A stretch of 64,000 nucleotides of DNA from the human T2T-CHM13v2.0 reference genome, Homo sapiens: the NCBI RefSeq assembly GCF_009914755.1, contig NC_060929.1. One strand, written 5' to 3'. Below, one piece after another: positions 33,687 through 48,664 of this stretch (position 1 is the stretch's first letter; each line of letters opens with the position of its first letter). The notes under the pieces were generated by a model. It worked only from the letters and a program-made list of their open reading frames with translations. It ran no database searches and was not told the DNA's origin. Both the position numbers and the translations under genes were made by a program.

Positions 33687-33742
<56 letters not shown>
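33687..33742. repeat. (TCTA)14 tetranucleotide STR
   Basis: 14 perfect units counted. Confidence 0.97.
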
Positions 33743-33783
33743 ATTTTAAAGGTGAACTGCTACCTTAGGGAGCTTCCATTCTT

Positions 33784-34088
33784 TTTTTTCCTCTTCTTTT
33801 CTTTTTGAGACAGGGTCTTACTCTGTCACCCAGGCTGGAGTCCAGTGGTGGGATCACAGCTCACTGTAGCCTCAACCTCCCTGGGCTCAGGTGATCCTCC
33901 CACCTTAGCCTCCCAATAGCTGGGACTACAGGCATGCACTACCATACCCAGGTAATTTTTGTACTTTTTGTAGAGACGGGGTCTCCCTATGTTGCCCAGG
34001 CTGGTCTTGAACTCCTGGGCTCAAGTAATTTGCCCCACCTCGGCCTCCCAAAGAGCTGGGATTACAGGCATGAGCTACCTGGCTGGCT
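33784..34088 (-). mobile_element. AluJ
   Basis: J-type dimer; TSD AGCTTCCATTCTT at 33771 and 34091. Confidence 0.92.
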
Positions 34089-34405
34089 GAAGCTTCCATT
34101 CTTCTAAATAAACGTTCCTTTCAAATGAATATGCAGTATTATGATGGGTCACCTCAAGGGCTATGAAGACAACTATCCAACCTTCAGGGGTATAAGATGG
34201 TACTGGACTTAGTTGATAGGCCACCCTAGATCTGAGCAGCCATTCTGACCTCTTTGACCCTAACCTGGACCAGGGCTTTGGACACTTACTTGTCTTGCTT
34301 CCTAGCAAGAGTGGCCCTATTAACTGTTCCATGCCATCTCCACAGTCTTAGAGCCAGTTCCCCTCTGCTGTTACTGCCACTACTTCAGATCAAGAAGTCC
34401 TGTCT

Positions 34406-34709
<304 letters not shown>

Positions 34710-34759
34710 GTCCTGCCTGAGGCACCAAATGATAGCGAGAAACTGGCCTCCATGCCTAT

Positions 34760-35137
34760 GCATTTGTCAGACTCAAGACCTGGGGCTCTGGCTTCCCCAG
34801 AGACCTCCTGAAGAGGCTACTCAATACAGCACAGTTAATGCCCTGAGGGCTGGACTTTGACCAGTGGGAGACTGGGCACAGGAGGAAGCCAGCAGACAAA
34901 TTCCCCCTTGTTTCCCTGGATGGTCTCTACGGAGATGCAGTGCCCCAAGTCTTCTTTGAAGATACTGTGGAGGCCCAGCACACACACAGCTGCACTTGTT
35001 ACAAGGCTGTGGCCTGCTCAGCATTTGAGCTTTCCCCTTCCGTGCACCTGCTTCCCTAGGATTTTCCTTCTCCTTGATAAAGTGTTAGCTTATAAACTTT
35101 GCCTCCAGTTCTGTATTCTAGAGACCCCAGACTGATA
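34760..35137 (+). mobile_element. ERVL LTR16-like remnant
   Basis: GACTTTGACCAGTGGGAGAC... and an LTR16-type 3' end. Confidence 0.55.
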
Positions 35138-35396
35138 GAAGTAACTGGAAGTAAGAGTGGTGACTTTTCAAGAGGGCAGAGGACAAAGTTCTTTCACAGG
35201 GGTGCTTAGGCAGAGATATGATTAGATGAGGGCGTGGCATACGAGAAGATCTAGCTGGGAGGGCATTTAGGCAGAAGGCCTAGCAGGCATAAAGAAGGAA
35301 CTGGCTGATGTAGCTAAGCAGAGGGATCCAGGCAAAGAGTTGCAGAAGAAGGAGAGGGCTAGGCAAGGACCAGATCACACAGGGTCCTGACAAATG

Positions 35397-35725
35397 CAGT
35401 AGCCCTTCGTTATCCACGGGGATATGTTCCAAGACACTTAGTGGATGCCTGAAATCATGGATAGTACTGCACCTGTATATACTGGTTTTTCCCATACATA
35501 CATACCTATGATAGTTTAATTTATAAATTAGATACAGTAAGAGATTAACAACAACAATAATTCATAACATATAACAATATATTATAATAAAAGTTATGTG
35601 AATATGATATATATATCTTCCTCTCAAAATACCTTATTATATGTAATATTTCAGATTGCGATTGACTGCAGGTAACTAAACCTGTGGAAAGTGAAAGTGA
35701 AACCTCAAATAAGGGGGAACCACTG
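35397..35725 (+). mobile_element. MER44A (Tigger) inserted into an L2 fragment (~35140-35930, minus)
   Basis: CAGTAGCCCTTCGTTATCC ... ATAAGGGGGAACCACTG terminal inverted repeats. Confidence 0.85.
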
Positions 35726-35959
35726 AAAGGACTCCAGATCTGATGTTAGGTGTAAGGAAAGCCATGGAGGGGAGGAGGGTGAGCAAGGATCTATAGTATG
35801 TTTTTAACAGATGTCTCTGGCTGCTGTATGAAGAACAAACTGGATAGAGAGGATAGTGACCAGATGCAAGAGTGAAAGCAGGAAAGACCAGATGCTCAGT
35901 TGTCAAGAGGTGCAAAGTGATGTCTAACCCATTATCGTCATCACTACCATCCAACCAGC

Positions 35960-36170
35960 ACCTAAGGTTTATTGATTGCTAACTATGCCTTGGACACCAG
36001 TCCTAGCCCTTTATATGTATTGTTTTTCCTAATCCTCATGACAACTCTGTAAGATCCTTATTGCATAAATTAAGCTCAAAGAAGTTACCCAGTTTATCTA
36101 AGGCAATTTGGCTGGCAAATGGCAGAGCTAGGATTTGACTCAGAGCCTGTCCTCATAATCACTACACAAT
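35960..36170 (-). mobile_element. MIR
   Basis: TAATCCTCATGACAACTCTGTAAG...GGCAGAGCTAGGATTTGA. Confidence 0.7.
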
Positions 36171-36349
36171 TCTGTATCAGTTACACACTGTGTGTGTATA
36201 TGGCAGCTATCACATATCTCAGGATTTACGTACTACAAATAGGTGCCTAGAGAACCTTCTCTTCTGAATCTATTGGTATATTTAATTAGTTGTCCTCATC
36301 ATGAACCCTTGTCACATAAAATCAAAACCAAACATGTAGTCTAAGAAAT

Positions 36350-36820
36350 TATGGTAGACATTGTTGATTGGATACTCAAAGTATATTTCTCTCTTCTTTT
36401 CTGCATATAGAATGTCAGTTCCATTCAGGTGTCTCACCTTCAGCATGGTCTAAGCCAATCATGAAGCTCTTTTCCAGTGGTGATCAGGGAGCCCAGTGCT
36501 GGCTGAGGAGAGGTGAGAGAGTGTCAGCTGGGGAGACAAAGAGGTACACAGGAAGAGGTGGTACCTCTTTTCCCTCTTGATACTTTCATTAAGTATAAGA
36601 CACCCCTAGACCCACAGCCACCAACTTGTGACCCTGTAAATGGCTAAGTTGGCTCATGGAGGATGGTGGAACAGGGAGAGAAAAAGAACCTAGGTCCTTA
36701 ATGAGCTGCGCAAATAACCCATTCTAAAGCTGTCCTACCTCAGGATTTATTTTCCTTCCTACTTAAATCAATTGAGTTGGGTTTTTCTGTTACTCAAAGT
36801 AGAAAACACATCAAATGAAA
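36350..36820 (+). mobile_element. Old MaLR LTR (MLT1J/K/L-like)
   Basis: GGTCTAAGCCAATCA, AAAGAACCTAGGTCCTT, GAGTTGGGTTTTTCTGTTACT. Confidence 0.55.
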
Positions 36821-38183
36821 AAGAAGTCGAAATGTAAATAAAAACCCGATGCATTATTTGAATGGCTTCAGGCACACAGCATGGGAGGCAAATGCTATTA
36901 ATATGGGCATCATCCCCACTTTCCATGTCGAGATGCGTTTTGTACATTATTTGCCAAGAACCCCAAGCTGGTCAGCAGTTGAAGTCTCCTGACTCCAACC
37001 CAGTGCTGAGACATATGGTAATTTTCAGTTATGGAGAACATTTAATTAACTAAGACCCTCCATTTCCTAATTGCAGTAAATAAAAACAGTGGGCATATAA
37101 CAACTGACATGAACAGGATGCTTTAAAGCTGACAAATGCATGCACATACATCAGCATTGCCTAGCCATATGTGACCTGCAAGCCTTTCACTACAACCCTC
37201 TTCAAAACATTTTAAAATAGTCTTACCATTTTGGTGTAGTATATAACAAATAAGTGATTTGAAGTTTAAACAAATTATTTCAGAGTATCATATTAAATGT
37301 TATCTTCTAAAATTGGCTTTAATGCAATCATTAATAACATTCTTAAAATACAGTCATTACAGATAAGTTCCATTTTGTATCATTTAACAAGTATATAATA
37401 TTTAATTTCTATTTAATTAAATGAAATAAAGCATCATTGTCTGACGCATATGCTAAAAAATGATGTCATATCTAGTTAGGGGATAGAATGTATACAAAAA
37501 AGTGTTTTAGGACTAAAATCCTTGACAGTGCCTCAAGTGTAGGCAAAAAACTGTCTTTCAAGAATTGGTGCCTAAAATTCTGGAATTTCATGCTTTAAAA
37601 CACTGCCATTTTATTTATATATTTTCTATGTTTTGTTTATAAATGGCAGGAGGGGAAAGATTTCAGGCCACTATTTCCAAGCACTCTGCAAATAACATAT
37701 TGTGGGTGTGGATACAGCCTTTATTCTCAACACATGAAAAACCAAACTGAATATAATTGTCACTCTATTTTTCTCTTTTTAACACTGTTTTTGAAGTATG
37801 AAAGACAGCTTGATAGTCTATATATAAGGATTTTTATCAGATGAATGCAATTTACAGATTGGTGAAGGTAATTTTGAAGCAAAATTGTAGACTTAACATT
37901 TTTTGCTCTTAATTAGCTTGTATTTCATCATCAGGTTCCTTATGTTTCTAGTCCTTAAACACAGCCTATTATGGGCACAAATCAAAATATATGACTAAGA
38001 AAAACACCAATTTAAAATTATAACAGTCTCAAGCATCCCAGCAGTCAGTGATGTTCAACCAAGAGATAAACTGAGTAAAGGAATCATCAGTGTCCTCATC
38101 TGCCTTCCTCCACCTAACCACTGTGTGTGCTTGCTTGTTACATACCAACAGGCTTTCAGTCTTTTATTATAAATGGAAAAAAC

Positions 38184-39173
<990 letters not shown>

Positions 39174-40569
39174 ACAAATGGAAGAAAACCAATATATCAC
39201 TTAGTGATTTTTTTATTTTTTTAATTTTGAAATAATTCTAGATTCACATACATTTGTAAGAAATAATACAGAGAGATCTTGTGTACTCTTTACCCAGTTT
39301 CCTCCAATGGTAACAACTTGAAAAACCATAGTACAATATCACAACCAGGTAATTGACATGTATAAAATGAAGATACATGGCAGTCCCATCACAAGAATCC
39401 TTTCTGTGGCTTTTTTATGCCCATCCCACCTCCCTTCTCTCTCTCCCTCCCCCCTTATCCCTAATCTCTGGCAACCTCCATTTTTTTTTCTCAATTTTAT
39501 AACTGTGTCATTTTAAGAATGCTATGTAAAGGGAATCATACAACATGTAACCTTTGGTAGATTGGCTTTCTTTGCTCAGCATAACTACCTTGAGAATCAT
39601 ACAAGTTGTTTCATGTGTCAATAGTTTTGCCCCTTTGTATGACTGAGTAGTATTCCATGGTATGGAAGTGCCACATTTGTTTAACCACCTGGCTTTTTCT
39701 ATTTTTTGGTGATTACAAATAAAGTTGCTATAAATATTTGTGTACAGGTTATTGTGTGAACATAAATTTTCATTTTTTGGGATCTATGCCCATGAGTACA
39801 ATTGTTGGCTTGTATGATAGTTACATGTTTACTTCTTTAAAAAAGTGGCCAATTTCGAATAAAAATGTTACACGAAAAAGCCAAAAAATAAAAGAACCAG
39901 CAAAATTATTTTTCAGAATAGCTGAATGATGTTACCTTCCTACTAGTAATGTATGAGTGATTCCATTTCTCTGCATCCTTGCCTGCATTTGGTGTTGTCA
40001 CTATTTTTTATTTTAGCCATTCTGACAGGTGTGTGATTTTAACTTACATTTCTCTAATGGCTCATGATGTTGAACATCTTTTCATGTGCTTATTTGTCAT
40101 CTGTATATCCCCTTTGGTGAAATATCTCTTCATTCTAATTGCATTGTTTGGTTCTTTTACTGTTGAGTGTTGAGAGTGTTTTGTACATTCAAGATGCTAG
40201 TTCTTTGTTGGTGTGGTTTAGAAATGTTTTCCTCCAGTCTCTAGCTTGTTTTTCCAATCACTTAACGGGTCTTCTGCAGAGCAAAAGTTTTTAATTTTGA
40301 TGCAGTCAGACTTATCATTTTTTCCCTTTTGTGGGTCTTGCTTTTGGTGTCAAGTCTAAATACAAAATCCCAAAGATTTTCTCCACTTTTTAAATAAAAG
40401 TTTAGTAGTTTTATGTTTTACAATTAAATCTGTCTCCATTTTGAGGGAATTTTTATACAAGGTCTGAGACTTAGGATGAGGTCTTTTTTTTTTCCTACAA
40501 ATGTCCAGCACCATTTGTTGAAAAGCCTATCCATTGACTTATTTTACATCTTTGCCAAAAATCAACTGG

Positions 40570-42005
40570 GTAGAAATTGCAAGTGTCCCTGAATAGCCAA
40601 AACAATCTTTTAATAGAAGAACAAAGTCAAAGGGCTCACACTTCAACGCTTACTACAAAGCTGCAGAAATTAAAGTATGGTACTGGTATAAGGACAGACA
40701 TATAGACCAATGGAATAGAATTGAGAGTCCAGAAATACACATCTATGGCCAACTGATTTTCAACAAGGGTTCTAAGACTATACAATGGAGAAAGAACTAT
40801 CCCTATGACAATTGGCCCTGGGATAACTCAATATCCACACGCAAAAGAATGTGTTTAGACCCCTACCTCACACCAAATTCAAAAACTGACTTAAAATTGA
40901 ATTATGACCTAAACAAAAGAGCTAAAAACCTAAACTCTTGGGGGGAAATCATAGGAGTAAATCTTCATGACCTTGGATTTGGCAATGTATCCTTAGATAT
41001 AACACAAAAAGCATGAGTAACAAATATAAATAAGTTTGAGTTTATCAAAATTTAAAAACTTTTGTGTATCAAATAACCTTATCAAGAGAATAAAAAGACA
41101 ACCCACAGACTAAGAGAAAATATTTGCATATATATCTGATAAGGAATAAGAACTTGCATGACTCAACAACAAAAAGATGAACAACTCAATTAAAAGCTAG
41201 GCAGAGGACTTGAACAAACATTTCTTCAGAGAAGATATACAAATGGCTGAATATTTGCATTAAGGAAATACAAATCAAACCACAATGATATACCGCTTCA
41301 TACCCACCACAAGGAAGGCTATAATAATATATATTTTAAAGGAAAATAACAAGTGTTGGTGAGGATATGAATCACTGGAAGCCTCATACTTTGCTGATGG
41401 AAATGTAAAATTGTTCAGTCGTGGAAGACAGTGTGGTGGGTCCTTAAAAGTTAAACATAAAATGGTCATATGACCCAGCAATTCCACCCCTAAGTATATG
41501 CCCAAAAGAATTGAAAATAAGTGCTCAAAAATTTGCACATGAATGTTCGCAGCAGCAATACTGACAACAGCTAAAAGGTAAAAATGACTCAAATGTTCAT
41601 CAATGGAAGAACTGATAAATGAATTGTGGTATATGCATACAATGGAATATTATTTAGCCACAAAAGGAACAAAGTACTGATACATGCTACAACATAGCTG
41701 AATCTCAAAAACATGTTAAGTGAAAGAAGGCATACACAAAATGTCACATATTATATAATTCTTTTAATATGAAATATTCAGAATAGGTAAATCCATAGAA
41801 ACAAAGCAGATTGGTGGTTGAAAGAAGGAATAGAGAGTAATTACTTCCCATAAGGTATGGGGTTTTATTTTGGGGTAATGAAAACGTTTTGAAACTAGCT
41901 AGAGGTGATGGTTGCGCAACATCGTGAATATGCTAAATGTCACTGATTTGTTCATTTTAAAATGGTTAATTGTATATGAATTTCACTTCCAAACAAAAAA
42001 AAATA
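40570..42005 (+). mobile_element. L1MB-like 3' fragment nested in the L1M
   Basis: ORF2 C-terminal remnants, 3' end AGAGGTGATGGTTGCGCAACATCGTGAAT, A tail. Confidence 0.8.
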
Positions 42006-43112
42006 CTCAAGCACATTTAGTGGGTTTATTTCTGGGTTCTCTATTCTGTTCCACTGATCTATGTATCTGTGTCTCTAACAATATCACATAGTTTTGATTT
42101 CTATAGTTATGTCTTGAAATCAGTGATTCCTTACAATTTTTCTTTTTTTTCAAAATTATGTTAGCTATTCTTGGTCTTTTATCTTTCTGTATAAATTTTA
42201 TAATCATCTTGTCTATATCTACAGAAAATCTTATTTTAATTTTGGTGGGAATTTTGTTAAACCTGTGTATCATTTTGGGGAGAATTGACATTTTACTATG
42301 TTGAGTATGTCTCTTCATTTATTCAGAGCGTCTCTCATTTCTTTCATTACTTTTAGTAGTTTTCTCTTTATTTCTCTTGGTATATAATTCTTTTTATATT
42401 TTGTTGTATTCTCTGCTAATATTTCCATTAAGAATGTTTGTGTCTATATTCATGAGAGATATGGGTCTTTAATGTTTTTTTTGTAGTGTTTTTGTCTGGT
42501 TTTGGTATTAGGGTAATACTAGCTTCATAATATGAACTGAGACATATTCCTTCCTCCTCTGTTTTCTGGAAAAGGTAAGTGTAGAATTGGTGTTAGGTCC
42601 TCAAACATTTTGTAGAATCCTCCAGTGAAACCATCTGAGCTGAAGATTTTCTTTTGGGGAATTTTTAGTTGTTAATTCAATTTTCCTAATAGTTATAGGA
42701 CTATTTAAATTACTTTAATATTGGAGGAGTTGTGGAAGTTTATACATTTTGAAGAATTATTTCATTTAATTTTAGTTGTCAAATTTGTGTGTATAGAGTG
42801 GTTAATACTACCTTATTCTTTGTTTGATGTCTATAGAGTCTGTAATAATAGTCCTTGTTTAATTCCTGGTATTGGTAATCTGTGCCTTCTCCCCTTTTTA
42901 TTTTTGTCAGACTTTCTTAAGGTTTGGTGTCAATTTTATTGATCTTTAAAAATAACTCTTTGTTTCATTGATTTTTCTCCATTGGGTTTTTGTTTTCAAT
43001 GTCATCAATTTCTTTTCTTATTTTTATTACTTCCTTAGTTCTGCTTGCTTTGGGTCTATTTTAGTCTTCATTTTCTAAGCTCTTGAGGTGTGAGCTAAGA
43101 TTATTTGAGACA

Positions 43113-43872
43113 GTTCCATATATATATATATATATATTCCATATATATATTCCATATATATATTCCATATATATATATTCCATATATATATATTCCATAT
43201 ATATATATATTCCATATATATATTCCATATATATATATTCCATATATATATTCCATATATATATATTCCATATATATATATTCCATATATATATATATTC
43301 CATATATATATTCCATATATATATATATTCCATATATATATTCCATATATATATATTCCATATATATATTCCATATATATATATTCCATATATATATTCC
43401 ATATATATATATTCCATATATATATTCCATATATATATATTCCATATATATATTCCATATATATATATTCCATATATATATTCCATATATATATATTCCA
43501 TATATATATTCCATATATATATATTCCATATATATATTCCATATATATATATTCCATATATATATTCCATATATATATATTCCATATATATATTCCATAT
43601 ATATATATTCCATATATATATTCCATATATATATATTCCATATATATATTCCATATATATATATTCCATATATATATTCCATATATATATATTCCATATA
43701 TATATTCCATATATATATATTCCATATATATATTCCATATATATATTCCATATATATATTCCATATATATATATTCCATATATATATTCCATATATATAT
43801 TCCATATATATATATTCCATATATATATTCCATATATATATTCCATATATATATATTCCATATATATATATT

Positions 43873-43919
<47 letters not shown>
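43113..43919. repeat. ~800-bp compound microsatellite/VNTR [TTCC(AT)nA], units mostly 13/15/17 bp, ending in ~(AT)22
   Basis: Read directly; the central part alternates 13- and 15-bp units (28-bp period). Confidence 0.97.
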
Positions 43920-43923
<4 letters not shown>

Positions 43924-43939
43924 GTGCATGTGTGTGTGA

Positions 43940-44056
43940 CAAAGACAGGTTTCTGCCTGTTGCCCAGGCTAGTCTTGAATCCTGAGCTCAAGCAATTCAC
44001 CTGCCTCAGTCTCCCAAAGTACTTGGATTACAGGTGCGAACCACCGCACTTGGCCC
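43940..44056 (-). mobile_element. FLAM / Alu left monomer
   Basis: GTTGCCCAGGCTAGTCTTGAATCCTGAGCTCAAGC...CCACCGCACTTGGCC. Confidence 0.8.
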
Positions 44057-44739
44057 TCTTTTCTAAGGTATGCATTTAGTGCTATAACTTTCCCTCTCAG
44101 AACTGCTTTATGTCCCATAATTTTTGATATGATGTGTTCTCATTTTCGTTCAGTTTAATATATTTTTTTATTTCCTTTGAGACTTCCTCTTTGACCCATG
44201 GATTATTTAGAAGTGTGTTGTTATGTTTCCAATTGTTTGGAAATTTTCCTGTACCTTTCTATATGGATTTCTAGTTTTGTTCCTTTGTGGATGGAGAATG
44301 CACACCACGTGATATAAATTCTTTCAAAGTTAGTGAGGTTTGTTTTATGGCCCAGTATATGGTCTATTTTGTTACATGTTCTGTGCACACTTTTAAAAAT
44401 GTGTATTCTGCTGTTGTTGGGTGGAGTATTCTGCAACTATTGATTGGATCCTGTTTGTTGATGGTGTTCTTGAATTCTTCTTTACCTTTGCTGATTTTCT
44501 ATCTAGTTGTTCTAACAGTTGTTGAGAGAGCAGGTATTGAAGTCTCCAACTATAACTGAATGTGTCTGTCCCTCCTTTCATTTCTTTCAGTACCTGCTTC
44601 ACGTATTTTGTAGCTCTATTTATGCTGCATACACATTTAGTATTGTTATATCTCCTTGGTAGACTAACCCTTTTACCATTATATGATGTTCCTCTCTGTG
44701 TCTCTTTTTTTTTTTTTTTTTTTTTGCTATGAAGTCTAC

Positions 44740-45097
44740 TGTATTAGGCTGTCCTCACACTGCCAATAAAGACATTCCTAAGACTGTGGAATTTATAAAG
44801 AAAAGGGGTTTAATTGACTCATAGTTCCACGTGGCTGAGGAGCAAGGCACAATCATGGCAGAAGAGCAAAGGATGTCTTACATAGCAGCAGACAAGACAA
44901 TGAGAGCCAAGGAAAAAGGGGTTTCCCCTTATAAAACCATCAGCTCTCATGAGACTTACTCATACCATAAGAACAGTATGGGGGAGATCACTTTCATGAT
45001 TCAATTATCTCTCACTGGGTCCTCCCATGACACATGGGAATTATGAGAGCTGCAATTCAAGATGAGATTTGTGTGGGGACACAGCCAAACCATATCA
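44740..45097 (-). mobile_element. THE1 (B/C-like) solo LTR
   Basis: TGTATTAG...GGGGACACAGCCAAACCATATCA; TSD TCTAC/TCTAT. Confidence 0.9.
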
Positions 45098-45882
45098 TCT
45101 ATATGATCTGCTGTTAATATAGGTACTTTGAATTCTTTTGATTAATGTTTGCATACTTTTACATTCAACCTGCCTATAATGTTATATTTGAAGTGAATTT
45201 CTTACAGACAGCATATAGCAGGATTATGTTTTTTAATCCATTCTGAAAATCTCTTTTAATAGCCTATTTAGACCATTTACATTTAATTGACATGTCAATG
45301 CTTAAGCCTACCATTTTATTTTTTGTTCTGTGTATATTTTCTCTTTTTCATTTCTGTTTTCTTTTTCCTGCCTTCTTTCACATTAAACTTCTAAGATATA
45401 TTTATATATAATATTTTTGCATTATTTATGTTTATTTTTATTCAATTTGTATTTATCTGTAGTGTTTTTGAGTATATCTCTTTGTATCACTTTTACCTGG
45501 CTGCTTTAAGAATTACATTATATAAAACTCACTCAAAACCACACAACTACATGGAAACTGAACAACCTGGGTAAATAAGGAAATTAAGGCAGAAATAAAT
45601 AAGTTCTTTGATACCAATAAGAACAAAGACACAACCTACCAGAATCTCTGGGACACAACTAAAGCAGTGTTTAGAGGGAAATTTATAGCACTAAATGCCC
45701 ACAGGAGAAAACAGGAAAGATCTAAAACTGACACCCTAACATCACAATTAAAAGAATTAGAGAAGCAAGAGTAAACAAATTCAAAAGCTAACAGAAGACA
45801 AGAAATAGCTAAGATCAGAGCAGAACTGAAAGAGACAGAGACACAAAAAACCCTTCAAAAAAATCAGTGCATCAGGAGCTGA

Positions 45883-46247
<365 letters not shown>

Positions 46248-46348
46248 TAGATAGGCCGCTAGGCCAGACTAATAAAGAAGAAAAGAGAGAAGAATCCAAT
46301 AGACACAATTAAAAAAATGAATAAAGAAATGAATAAAAAAATTAAAAA

Positions 46349-47904
46349 ATAGGAATTCTTGTGATTTTTGCACATTGATTTTGTATCCTGAGACTTTGCT
46401 GAAGTTGCTTATCAGCTTAAGGAGATTTTGGGCTGAGACAATGGCGTTTTCTAAATATACAATCATGTCATCTGCAAACAGAGACAACTTGACTTCCTCT
46501 CTTCCTATTTGAATACTCTTTATTTCTTTCTCTTGCCTGATTGCCCTGGCCAGAACTTCCGATACTATGTTGAATAGAAGTGGTGAGAGAGGGCATCCTT
46601 GTCTTCTGCCAGTTTTCAAAGGGAATGCTTCCAGCTTTTGCCCATTCACTATGATATTGGCTGTGGGTTTTTCATAAATAGTTCTTATTATTTTGAAATA
46701 CGTTGCATCAATACCTAGCTTATTGAGAGTTTTTAGCATAAAGAGGTGTTGAATTTGATCAAAGGCCTTTTCTGCATCTATTGAGATAATCATGTGGTTT
46801 TTGTCATTGGTTCTGTTCATGTGATGGATTACATTTATTGATTTGCATATATTGAACCAGCCTTGCATGGGGATATCACCACTATTCCCACAGAAATACA
46901 AACTACCATCAGAGAATACTATAAACACCTCTATGTAAATAAGCTAGAAAATCTAGAAGAAATGGATAAATTTCTGGACACATACACCCTTCCAAGACTA
47001 AACCAGGAAGAAGTTGAATCCCTGAATAGACCAATAACAAGTTCTGAAATTGAGGCAGTAATTAACAGCCTATCAACCAAAAAAAGCCCAGGACCAGACA
47101 GATTCACAGCCAAATTCTACCAGAGGTACAAAGAGGAGCTGGTACCATTCCTTCTGAAAGTATTCCAAACAATAGAAATAGAGGGACTCTTCCCTAACTC
47201 ATTTTATGAGGCCAGCATCAAGCTGATACTAAAACATGGCAGAGACATAACAAAAAAAGAAAATTTCAGGCCAATATCCCTGATGAACATCAATGCAAAA
47301 ATCCTCAATAAAATACTGGCAATCCAAATCCAGCAGCACATCAAAAAGCTTATCCACCACGATCAAGTCAGCTTCATCCCTGGGATGCAAGGCTGGTTCA
47401 ATATATGCAAATCAATAAATGTAATCCATCACATGAACAGAACCAATGACAAAAACCACATGATTATCTCAATAGATGCAGAAAAGGCCTTTGATCAAAT
47501 TCAACACCTCTTTATGCTAAAAACTCTCAATAAGCTAGGTATTGATGCAACGTATTTCAAAATAATAAGAACTATTTATGAAAAACCCACAGCCAATATC
47601 ATAGTGAATGGGCAAAAGCTGGAAGCATTCCCTTTGAAAACTGGCAGAAGACAAGGATGCCCTCTCTCACCACTTCTATTCAACATAGTATCGGAAGTTC
47701 TGGCCAGGGCAATCAGGCAAGAGAAAGAAATAAAGAGTATTCAAATAGGAAGAGAGGAAGTCAAGTTGTCTCTGTTTGCAGATGACATGATTGTATATTT
47801 AGAAAATGCCATTGTCTCAGCCCAAAATCTCCTTAAGCTGATAAGCAACTTCAGCAAAGTCTCAGGATACAAAATCAATGTGCAAAAATCACAAGAATTC
47901 CTAT
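46349..47904. repeat. Inverted repeat: 520-bp arms (46349-46868 and 47385-47904) with a 516-bp spacer
   Basis: The left arm is the reverse complement of the right arm. Track translations of the two arms are identical. One mismatch found by eye (46446/47807). Confidence 0.95.
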
Positions 47905-48469
47905 ACACCAATAATAGACAGACAGCCAAATCATGAGTGAACTCCCATTCACCCTTGCTACAAAGAGAATAAAATACCTAGGAATCCAACTTACAAGGGA
48001 TGTGAAGGACTTCTTCAAGGAGAACTACAAACCACTGCTCAAGGAGATAAGAGAGGATGCAAACAAATGGAAAAACATTGCATGCTCATGGATAGGAAGA
48101 ATCAATATCGTGAAAATGGCCATATTGCCCAAAGTAATTTATAGATTCAATGCTATTCCCATCAAGCTACCACTGACTTTCTTTACAGAATTAGAAAAAC
48201 AACTAAATTTCATATGGAACCAAAAAAGAGCCCGTATAGTCAAGACAATCCTCAACAAAAAGAACAAAGCTGGAGGCATCACGCTACCTGACTTCAATCT
48301 ATACTACAAGGCTACAGTAACCAAAACAGCATTGTACTGGTACCAAAACTGATATCGACCAATGTAACAGAACAGAGACCTTGGAAATAATGCCACATAT
48401 CTACAACCATCTGATCTTTGACAAACCTGACAAAAACAAGCAATGGGGAAAGAATTCCCTATTTAATAA

Positions 48470-48664
<195 letters not shown>

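Noticed and set aside
43061-44000. Five overlapping 270-300 aa Y/I-rich ORFs
   Set aside because: They are artefacts of a stop-free AT/TTCC repeat. Being open in many frames on both strands is not evidence of coding.
46269-46928. Minus-strand 219-aa RT-like ORF as a second RT gene, or a twin-priming inversion
   Set aside because: It is the inverted copy of 47385-47904. Twin priming inverts the 5' segment rather than duplicating an internal one. The L1 is collinear on both sides, and the arms are far more similar than the element's age allows.
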